Source: Kofleriaceae bacterium
GTDB taxonomy: Bacteria > Myxococcota_A > Polyangia > Haliangiales > Haliangiaceae
Assembly (NCBI GenBank): GCA_965215005.1
Contig: CBDCCZ010000051.1
Coordinates: 1 to 26,839, forward strand
Length of the DNA stretch: 26,839 bases
Direction: 5' to 3'
The notes under the pieces were generated by a model. That model was not told the origin of the DNA. It saw only the letters and a program-made list of their open reading frames with translations, and made no database searches. Positions 16,975-26,425 of the stretch are shown here, piece after piece. Both the position numbers and the translations under genes were made by a program. Position 1 is the stretch's first letter. Each line of letters begins with the position of its first letter.

Positions 16975-18168
16975 GTGACCATCCTGTATATCGCCGACGA
17001 AGACCCGCTCACCGCCAAGTCCTTGGCGCAGCGCGTGGCGCAAGAGACGGGCTGCGAGGTGCGCGTGTTTGCCACCGCCGCCGCCGTTGTCACCGCAGCC
17101 CGGCAGCAGCCGAGCCCCGACGTGCTGATCGTCGGACTCGGAGACGCAGGCCTCGAGCTTGCTGAGCAGCTCAAACTCGCTGATCCGGCTCTGGGTAGCT
17201 TGCATTTGACCAGCGCCGATCCCGAGGCCATCGCTCGCACGGTCGCCGCCGTTGGTCCGCTTTGCCACCTGATCAAGCCGTGCGAGATGAGTGAGCTCTT
17301 GCCCAAGCTGCAGAGTCAGCTCGAGCGGCGGGGCGTGCAGAAGGCGCTGCTTGCGTGCCGCGCCGAGCTTGCCGAGGAGCGCGCCCGGGTGGCGGCGTTG
17401 CAGCAGCAGATGCGCTCAGCGAGTGCCGAGCTGCGCTCGACCCACAGTGAGCTAGCGACTGCTACCGAGCGGCTGGTGCAAGCGGAGCAGCTGGCTGCGG
17501 TGGGGCGCGTGGTCACCGGCATCGCGCATGAGCTGTCGCGGCAGCTGGCGCTGGTCGGCTATGCCGAAGCGATCAAAGCGCGGGTGGCCGAGGATGCCGA
17601 GCTGGTCGAGTTCGCCGATGTCATCGTCAACGCGCAGAAGCGGCTGGCGGCAATGGTCGACGAGATTCGCGACTTCGCGGCGGCTGAGCGGCAGGGGCCG
17701 GGGCAGCTCGACCGCGAGCCTGCCGATGTGGTCGCCGCGGTCGACGAGGCGCTGGCGATCCTGGCGTATGACCGCGATGTTCGGCAGCGCAAGGTGCGTC
17801 GCAGGTTCGCTGCGCGCCCGCTGGCCGCGTTGCACCGCGATAAGTTCTCGCAGGTCATCGTCAATTTGGTGGCCAATGCGGTGCTCGCTACGGAGGTTGG
17901 CGACACGATCGACGTTGGCGTCACCGTGGAAGGACAGAGCGCGGTGATCACGGTGCGCGACAGCGGCGCGGGAATGCCGGCCGACGTGCTCGCCCGCCTC
18001 GGCGAGCCGTTCTTTACGACCCGTGGCGATCGCGGCTCCGGCCTCGGGGTCGGCATCTGCATGCGAATTGTTGAAGAGCATGGCGGTTTGCTCTCGTTTC
18101 AGAGCAAGCTCGGCGCGGGAACCGCCGCTCGGGTGATGATTCCCCTGCTGATCGCGGAGGGCGCGTGA
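16975..18168 (+). CDS. Cytoplasmic hybrid histidine kinase: degenerate receiver domain, coiled coil, HisKA and HATPase
   Basis: TILYIADED..PDVLIVGL..LIKPC is receiver-like. QAEQLAAVGRVVTGIAHEL is the H-box; QVIVNLVANA, DSGAGM, EPFFTT and GSGLGV are the N/G1/F/G2 boxes. Start uncertain: GTG 16975 preferred because ATG 16924 lies between the two palindromes. Confidence 0.88.
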   Translation: MTILYIADEDPLTAKSLAQRVAQETGCEVRVFATAAAVVTAARQQPSPDVLIVGLGDAGLELAEQLKLADPALGSLHLTSADPEAIARTVAAVGPLCHLIKPCEMSELLPKLQSQLERRGVQKALLACRAELAEERARVAALQQQMRSASAELRSTHSELATATERLVQAEQLAAVGRVVTGIAHELSRQLALVGYAEAIKARVAEDAELVEFADVIVNAQKRLAAMVDEIRDFAAAERQGPGQLDREPADVVAAVDEALAILAYDRDVRQRKVRRRFAARPLAALHRDKFSQVIVNLVANAVLATEVGDTIDVGVTVEGQSAVITVRDSGAGMPADVLARLGEPFFTTRGDRGSGLGVGICMRIVEEHGGLLSFQSKLGAGTAARVMIPLLIAEGA

Positions 18169-19613
18169 GCAGCGCCCCGGTCCGCCGCGTGCTCGTGGTC
18201 GACCACGAGCCGCATATCCCTCGGCTGGTCACGCTGCTGCTGGGGCCGGGATACCAGATCGATCCCGCGGCCACGGCCGCCGCGGCGCTAGAGGCGATTC
18301 ACGCCACTCCCTATGATGTCGTGCTGCTCGAGACCGAGCTGCCCCAGGTTGATGGCTTCGACGTGTTGCGCAAGATGCGCAGGCTGACCCCGGAGCTCGC
18401 GGTGGTCATGATGACGGCGCAGGCCTCGGTGCCCGCGGCGGTGCGAGCGATGCGGCTCGGCGCCTTCGATTACCTGCGCAAGACGATGACTGCCGAGGAG
18501 CTGCGCGCGGCGGTCGATCGCGCTGCCGAGCACGGCAACCTGGCTCGCGAGGTGCGCCGGCTGCGCCTCGAGGTCGAGCATGCTCGAGGGTTGGTGCAGC
18601 TGATCGGCGAGTCGCCGCCGATGCGGCAGCTCATCGGACTCATCGAGCGCGTGGCCGACTCCGACGCCACCGTGCTCATCGTGGGCGAAAGCGGCACCGG
18701 CAAGGAGCTTCTGTCGCGCACCATTCACCGCATCGGGCCGCGCTCGGAGGGCCCATTCGTGGCGTTCGACTGCTCGGCGTTGTCGCCAAGCCTTCTCGAG
18801 GCGGAGCTGTTTGGTCACGAGAAGGGGGCGTTCACGGGGGCAGGCAAGGCGCGCCGCGGCCTGTTTCGCGAGGCCCATGGCGGCACCATCTTTCTCGACG
18901 AAATCGGTGACATCGCGCCGTCGGTGCAGAACAAGCTGCTGCGGGTGTTGCAAGAGCGAGAGATCAAGCCAGTTGGCGGCGACCAGTTCGTCAAGATCGA
19001 CGTGCGGGTCATCGCCGCGACCAACAAAGATCTCAAACAGCTCGTCGCCAGCGGCGCGTTTCGCGAGGACTTGTTTTGGCGACTCGCGGTGGTGCCCGTG
19101 CAGGTGCCGCCGCTGCGCGAGCGGCGCCAGGACATCCCGTTGCTAGCGGCGCACATTTTGGCGCGGCGGCGCGGTGCGGCGAAAACCGGGGCGCGCGGTG
19201 CGGCGCGCTACCCGACCAAGATCGCGCCGGGGGCGCTGGAGCGGCTGCTGGCGTATCACTGGCCAGGCAACATCCGCGAGCTGGAGAATGTGCTGTCGCG
19301 CGCGGCGATCTTGTGCGACGGCGAGACCGTGGCTCGCGACGATTTGGACCTTGTCGGCTTGCCGGGGGTGACGCCGGGCGCCGTTGAGGGCGGGACGTCG
19401 ACCAATATATCGGTGAACGCGGTCGATGCTGCGGCGGGGCGTCCGCTGAAGATGGTGGTTGAGGAGACCGTGCGATCGGTCGAGCGCGATGCGATTGCCG
19501 AGGCGCTGCAGCGCGTCGGGGGCTCACGGACGCGGGCGGCCAAACTGCTCGGGATTAGCCGGGCCTCGGTCTATAACAAGATTAAAGAATACGGCATCGA
19601 TTCCTCTCACTGA
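18165..19613 (+). CDS. Sigma-54-dependent enhancer-binding protein (NtrC family: receiver, AAA+, Fis-type HTH)
   Basis: GESGTGKE, ELFGHEKGAFTGA, IFLDEIGD, RVIAATN, FREDLFWRL, WPGNIREL and AAKLLGISRASVYNK. GTGA overlap with the kinase stop. Confidence 0.95.
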   Translation: MSSAPVRRVLVVDHEPHIPRLVTLLLGPGYQIDPAATAAAALEAIHATPYDVVLLETELPQVDGFDVLRKMRRLTPELAVVMMTAQASVPAAVRAMRLGAFDYLRKTMTAEELRAAVDRAAEHGNLAREVRRLRLEVEHARGLVQLIGESPPMRQLIGLIERVADSDATVLIVGESGTGKELLSRTIHRIGPRSEGPFVAFDCSALSPSLLEAELFGHEKGAFTGAGKARRGLFREAHGGTIFLDEIGDIAPSVQNKLLRVLQEREIKPVGGDQFVKIDVRVIAATNKDLKQLVASGAFREDLFWRLAVVPVQVPPLRERRQDIPLLAAHILARRRGAAKTGARGAARYPTKIAPGALERLLAYHWPGNIRELENVLSRAAILCDGETVARDDLDLVGLPGVTPGAVEGGTSTNISVNAVDAAAGRPLKMVVEETVRSVERDAIAEALQRVGGSRTRAAKLLGISRASVYNKIKEYGIDSSH

Positions 19614-19696
19614 GCCACGTCTTCGAACCCGCGACCTTGCGACGGGCGAGTGGCACCGCGCCTGAAGTGCGAGGCCGTCGATGGTACGCTAGCTCG

Positions 19697-20758
19697 ATGA
19701 CTGCGACCGATGCTCGTTCGCCGCGCGCCTTGCGCGCCCGTGGCCTCGTCGATGCGTTGCAGAAGCGTTTTGCCGAGCGGCTGGAGGCGTTGAGCGCGCG
19801 CCATGGACACGCGATCGAGCTTTCCCGGGTCGAGTGGCTGCGTGACGAGGGCCGCCATGGCGGTGGCAATCGCCGCGTCGCGGTGGACACGCCGGTGTTC
19901 AATCGAGCGGCGATCAACGTGTCGCAGGTCCACTACGATGACGAGCCCCAGCGTCGGCTTGGCTCTGCCACAGCGTTGTCCACGATCATCCATCCGCAAG
20001 CGCCGCGGGCGCCATCGGTGCACATGCACATCAGCTGGACCGAGTTGCGCGATGGCAGCGGCAGCTGGCGCATCATGGCCGACCTCAACCCCGCCATCGC
20101 AGATCCGGCGGCGACAGCGCGGTTCGCGTCGGTCATGCGCGTTGCGGCGCCTGCGCTCTACGACGCTGCCGCGCGGCAAGGGGACCGGTACTTTTTCATT
20201 CCGGCATTAGGGCGCCATCGGGGAGCGACGCACTTCTACGTCGAAGCGCACAACAGCGGCGACTTCGAAGCCGACCTGCGATTGGCTCGCGGGTTTGGCG
20301 AGGCGGTGATCGACGGCTACGCGGCCGAGGTGGATTCGGTCTTGGCGACGGCCCCGGCACCCACCGACGAGGAGCGGACGCGCCAGCTGGACTATCACAC
20401 GGCGTACCTGTTTCAGGTGCTCACTCTCGATCGCGGCACCACCTCGGGGCTTCTCGTGCACGATCAGAACGATGTTGGGATTCTAGGCTCGCTTCCCGCT
20501 CGTATCGACCGCGATCGGTTGGCTACCTGGGCCGCTTTGCTGCCGGCGCCGCAGGATGCGCTGGTGCGGGCGCTGGTTGCGGTGTTGCCAGAGGCGCATC
20601 CGTGTCCTCTCACCGAGGATACCCGCGCCGTTCTCGCTCGAGTCGTGAGGGACCACTACCGCGCCCATCCCGAAGCGCTCGAGCTGCAAGCTTCGGGCGA
20701 CGTTGTGCCGCCAACGGTGAGCAATCACCGCGTCGAGGACGATCATCGGCGTCCGTGA
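19697..20758 (+). CDS. hemF: Oxygen-dependent coproporphyrinogen III oxidase family protein (divergent)
   Basis: W.R..G..GGG, VFNRAAINVSQVH, ATALSTIIHPQAPRAPSVHMH, YFFIPALGRHRG, LDRGTTSGL and ILGSLP correspond to HemF motifs. Confidence 0.8.
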   Translation: MTATDARSPRALRARGLVDALQKRFAERLEALSARHGHAIELSRVEWLRDEGRHGGGNRRVAVDTPVFNRAAINVSQVHYDDEPQRRLGSATALSTIIHPQAPRAPSVHMHISWTELRDGSGSWRIMADLNPAIADPAATARFASVMRVAAPALYDAAARQGDRYFFIPALGRHRGATHFYVEAHNSGDFEADLRLARGFGEAVIDGYAAEVDSVLATAPAPTDEERTRQLDYHTAYLFQVLTLDRGTTSGLLVHDQNDVGILGSLPARIDRDRLATWAALLPAPQDALVRALVAVLPEAHPCPLTEDTRAVLARVVRDHYRAHPEALELQASGDVVPPTVSNHRVEDDHRRP

Positions 20759-20928
20759 AGCGAGCGGAAGCTCGTCGGCGTGCCGGGCAAGAGGTCTGCG
20801 CCGCAGGCGGCGTCGGCAAAAAAAGGCGTCGGTTCCCGTCGACGCTGCCGCGAGCCGTCCGCTAAAGATGGTCGTCGAGGAGACCTCATGACCGGCTCTG
20901 GCCGCATTTCGCTTACCGAGCTCTATAC

Positions 20929-21270
20929 ATGGCGTATTACGCCGTAGCCACTGTGGATGAGCTGGCGCCGGGCGATGTGAAGGCGGTGCGGGTGGGGGCG
21001 GTGGAGATGGTGCTGTATCGCTCGGGCGATGCCTATTTTGCGGCCCAGCGCCAGTGCCTGCATCAGGGCGGCGATCTAGCTGATGGAATCATTTCGCGCG
21101 GGTTTCTCGTGTGTCCGCTGCACGGCTGGAAGTTTCACGCCGACAGCGGACGGCACGCACTCTCGCCTCAGACCTGCTTGAAAACCTACGCCGTGCGCGT
21201 CGAAGGCGACGTGATCCAGGTGGATCCGCAGCCGCGATGGCAGGGTCAACCGCCAGGAGGCATGCCGTGA
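20929..21270 (+). CDS. Rieske [2Fe-2S] ferredoxin
   Basis: CLHQG and VCPLHGWKF ligand motifs in a 113-aa protein. Confidence 0.9.
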   Translation: MAYYAVATVDELAPGDVKAVRVGAVEMVLYRSGDAYFAAQRQCLHQGGDLADGIISRGFLVCPLHGWKFHADSGRHALSPQTCLKTYAVRVEGDVIQVDPQPRWQGQPPGGMP

Positions 21271-22295
21271 GCCAAACGTATTCGAGTCGACCCAAGGTTT
21301 CGGTGATCGAAGGGGACGGTATCGGCCCCGAAATCACCAAAGCGACGCTGCGCGCCATCGAGGCCGCGGGCGGCACGTTCGAGTGGGAGCCGGTGCCAGC
21401 GGGCCTCAGCGCCGTGGACAGCGACAAGGATCCGCTGCCGCAGCGCACCCTCGACTCCGTGACCGCCAACCAGCTCGCCCTCAAGGGGCCGTGCGCGACC
21501 CCGGTAGGCGGTGGATTTCGCTCGGTGAATGTCACCCTGCGGCAACACTTCGATCTGTTCGCCAACGTGCGACCGGCGAAGACGTTGGCCGGGGTCCCGG
21601 CCCGATTCAGCGACGTCGATATCGTGCTGGTACGCGAGAACACCGAAGACCTGTACGCCGGGGTCGAGCATTATGTCGATCCGCGGCGCAGCGCCGCGGA
21701 GTCGATCGCCATCATCACGCGGTATGGATCGGAGCGGGTGATTCGGTATGCATTCGAGCATGCGCGGCAAAACCGCCGTAAGAAGGTCACGCTGGTCCAC
21801 AAAGCCAACATCTTGAAGATGTCCAATGGACTGTTCCTCGATGTCGGTCGCGAGGTCGCCAAGGAGTACGGCGACCTCGAGTTCGAAGACATGATCGTCG
21901 ATGCCACCGCGATGAAGCTTGTGATCCAGCCTGAGCGGTTCGACGTCATCGTCACCATGAACCTCTTTGGCGATATCCTCAGCGACCTCGCGGCGGGGCT
22001 GATTGGTGGGCTCGGCGTCGCGCCGGCGGCCAACGTGGGGGAAGGCGGCTGCGCCATTTTTGAGGCGGTGCATGGAACGGCACCCGACATCGCCGGCAAG
22101 GGCATCGCCAATCCCACCGGTTTGATGTTGTCGTCGCTGCTGCTGCTCGAGCACGTCGGGCAGAAGGAGCCGGCAGCGCGGTTGCGTCGCGGGATCTATG
22201 CGGCACTCGCTAGCGATGAAACCCGAACGCGCGACCTTGGCGGCAAGGCCGACACGGCGCAGTTCACCGACGCGGTTATAAAACGAATGAGTTGA
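21267..22295 (+). CDS. icd: Isocitrate/isopropylmalate dehydrogenase family, probably NAD-dependent isocitrate dehydrogenase
   Basis: IEGDGIGPEI, ALKGPCATPVGGGFRSVNVTLR, RENTEDLYAG, VHKANILK, NLFGDILSDL and FEAVHGTAPDIAGKGIANP. The GTG start overlaps the Rieske stop (GTGA). Confidence 0.9.
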   Translation: MSQTYSSRPKVSVIEGDGIGPEITKATLRAIEAAGGTFEWEPVPAGLSAVDSDKDPLPQRTLDSVTANQLALKGPCATPVGGGFRSVNVTLRQHFDLFANVRPAKTLAGVPARFSDVDIVLVRENTEDLYAGVEHYVDPRRSAAESIAIITRYGSERVIRYAFEHARQNRRKKVTLVHKANILKMSNGLFLDVGREVAKEYGDLEFEDMIVDATAMKLVIQPERFDVIVTMNLFGDILSDLAAGLIGGLGVAPAANVGEGGCAIFEAVHGTAPDIAGKGIANPTGLMLSSLLLLEHVGQKEPAARLRRGIYAALASDETRTRDLGGKADTAQFTDAVIKRMS

Positions 22296-22306
22296 TCAGC
22301 GATGCA

Positions 22307-22642
22307 TCACACGCCGGCGGCGCTTTGGCGCCCCGGCGGCTCGCTGACGATGAGCGTCGCCCCAGCAGCCCACTCTTCGAGCAGCGTTTCGACCTCGCCA
22401 AACTGCAGATAGCCGAGCGCGGCCGCGCATTCGCCGATGCGAATATCGGGATGGCGATCCTGGAGCTGCAGCGCGCGGAGCAGCTCGAACCGGCTGAGAG
22501 CCCGGCGCTCGACGAGGAACTCGCCGAACCGGCCCTCTTTGCGCTGGGGCTCGAGCGCCTCGGGACCTGCTCCAGCGTTGTCGAAGTAGTGGTCGATGTC
22601 GCGGGCGTTGGGGGCATCGTGATAGGTAGTGGCGCGGCGCAT
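22307..22642 (-). CDS. Small (111 aa) stand-alone MshEN-like protein, putative c-di-GMP receptor
   Basis: RFGEFLVERRALSRFELLRALQLQ-DRHPDI-RIGECAAALGYL resembles the tandem RLGxxLxxxGxxxxxxLxxxLxxQ motif. GGAGG RBS upstream of ATG 22642. Confidence 0.72.
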   Translation of the reverse strand: MRRATTYHDAPNARDIDHYFDNAGAGPEALEPQRKEGRFGEFLVERRALSRFELLRALQLQDRHPDIRIGECAAALGYLQFGEVETLLEEWAAGATLIVSEPPGRQSAAGV

Positions 22643-22672
22643 GATTCCTCCGAATGCAGCGGCGACGCCAAG

Positions 22673-22688
22673 AGCACGTCGCGTGCCA
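22673..22688 (-). promoter_or_regulatory. Sigma-54 -24/-12 promoter for the MshEN-like gene
   Basis: Minus strand reads TGGCACG-CGAC-GTGCT, one mismatch from TGGCACG-N4-TTGCW. Predicted start is about 22662, just upstream of the RBS. Confidence 0.75.
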
Positions 22689-22714
22689 CGCCAAGCCACA
22701 CCTAATTGCGCGCA

Positions 22715-22763
22715 GTTGCGCGGGCCGTGATGGCTACTGTGCTAGCCATCACGGTGGCGCAAC
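22715..22763. repeat. Long inverted repeat downstream of lon (mRNA stem-loop/terminator or activator site)
   Basis: Perfect 12-bp arms CCGTGATGGCTA/TAGCCATCACGG (22725-22754), extended by GTTGCGC/GCGCAAC. No U-tract. Confidence 0.8.
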
Positions 22764-22797
22764 CGGAGGCGCGAGTGTCCGGCGCGGCGCTCACGCC

Positions 22798-25206
<2,409 letters not shown>

Positions 25207-25227
25207 GGGTTCTTCCAGGCAAGGGGC

Positions 25228-25956
25228 TCAGGAGGCGCGCTTCATGAACTGGATGAGGAGGTCTTTGGCCGCGTCATCCACGGTTTTCGGCACATCGATG
25301 TGAACAGTGACGTAATGATCGCCGGCGGTGCCGCCGGTGCTCTCGGCGCCTTTGCCCCGCAGCCGCAGCTTTACGCCGCTGCCGGTGCCCGCGGGGATTT
25401 TCACTTTGGCGCGGCCGCGCAGGGTCACGACCTCTTTTATGGCGCCAAGAATGGCTTCATCGAGGGCCAGGCGCAGATCGGCGTAGACGTCGAGCCCCCG
25501 CTGCACGGCGGCGCTGCCGTTGGCCAGAACTACTTTTTGCTCGGCTGCGGCGCGACGAGGCTTGCGCGGGCGCTGCCCGCGGGCGCTGCCCGCAAGGTTG
25601 GAGAACAAATCGTCGAAGCCGCCAGCGTCTGCGTAGGTGCGGTAGCGCGCGTTGCCAGCGCTGCGGCTGGCGCCGGATGCGCCCTGAAACACCTGAGAAA
25701 ACAAATCGCCCAAGTCGAAGCCGCCGCTGCCGCTGCCGCGCATTGCCTCGTACTGGGTCCGTTTGCGCTTGTCCGAGAGGATTTCGTAGGCCGCCGAGAT
25801 CTCCTTGAAACGCTGTTCTTTGCGTTTGTCGCCGCCGGTGGTATCGGGATGAAACTGCTTGGCGAGCTTGCGATAGGCGGCCTTGATCTCCGCATCGGTG
25901 GCTTTGCTGTCGAGGCCTAGGACAGCGTAACAGTCGAGGCGCGGGTCGAGGCTCAT
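25228..25956 (-). CDS. DnaJ-class co-chaperone without a zinc finger (CbpA-like; J domain plus DnaJ C-terminal domain)
   Basis: DCYAVLGL..EIKAAYRKLAKQFHPD..FKEISAAYEILSD and KVKIPAGTGSGVKLRLRGKG..GDHYV. GAGGA RBS before ATG 25956; 21 bp separate it from lon. Confidence 0.9.
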   Translation of the reverse strand: MSLDPRLDCYAVLGLDSKATDAEIKAAYRKLAKQFHPDTTGGDKRKEQRFKEISAAYEILSDKRKRTQYEAMRGSGSGGFDLGDLFSQVFQGASGASRSAGNARYRTYADAGGFDDLFSNLAGSARGQRPRKPRRAAAEQKVVLANGSAAVQRGLDVYADLRLALDEAILGAIKEVVTLRGRAKVKIPAGTGSGVKLRLRGKGAESTGGTAGDHYVTVHIDVPKTVDDAAKDLLIQFMKRAS

Positions 25957-26247
25957 GAGGTGGCTTCCTCGGGGGCGCGACTGCGGTGGATAGCGATTGG
26001 GCGGCTCAGCGGTTTGACTCCAGAAAGCGTGGGCCGCGCTGACCAGGCCGCGAGACCGCACTTTCGATCGTACCCTTGCTCGCGCCGCGACGCCATGCGC
26101 TGGTGCAGTGGCGCCGGTGTCGGCACAGCCGAATTTTCGGCCGTGCGTAGGCGCATGAAGGACACCGGACGCTCTGTCCGGCAAGACCTCCACGCTGCCC
26201 AAACGCCATTTACGGCCGAGTCGCACGCGTCGCGCATAGCGAATCGC

Positions 26248-26275
26248 AACGTAATTCGCCTAACAGTCGCGTCAA
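26248..26275 (-). promoter_or_regulatory. Candidate sigma-70-type promoter upstream of the dnaJ-like/lon pair
   Basis: Minus strand TTGACG-N16-TACGTT in a relatively AT-rich patch about 290 bp upstream of the ATG. Confidence 0.4.
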
Positions 26276-26368
26276 GCTGCTGAGCGCTGCGCTGGCAGTG
26301 GGGCTGGACTCACCAGGCCGGGGACTGCTTGCGGGGCTAGGTCGCAAGGGTCCGCTGTTGCGAAGCTC

Positions 26369-26413
26369 TAAGTAATCGGAGCGGTTGAGCCCGTTGGCGG
26401 AATGTGGCTTGCA
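26369..26413 (+). promoter_or_regulatory. Candidate sigma-54 promoter with an upstream IHF-like site for the last gene
   Basis: CGG-AATGTGGCTT-GCA (26398-26413) has GG-N10-GC spacing with TTGCA. TAAGTAATCGGAG (26369-26381) lies at about -49. Confidence 0.5.
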
Positions 26414-26425
26414 GGCCAAGCTCGC

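Noticed and set aside
20862..20890. Sigma-28 promoter (CTAAAG) upstream of the Rieske gene as a FliA target
   Set aside because: There is no GCCGATAA-like -10 element at the required spacing.
25957..26226. N-terminal extensions in the ORF track for the DnaJ-like gene (also DsbA 2980, YqeY 8811, icd 21111)
   Set aside because: Downstream starts have RBS, leaderless or overlap support and coincide with the start of recognisable domains.
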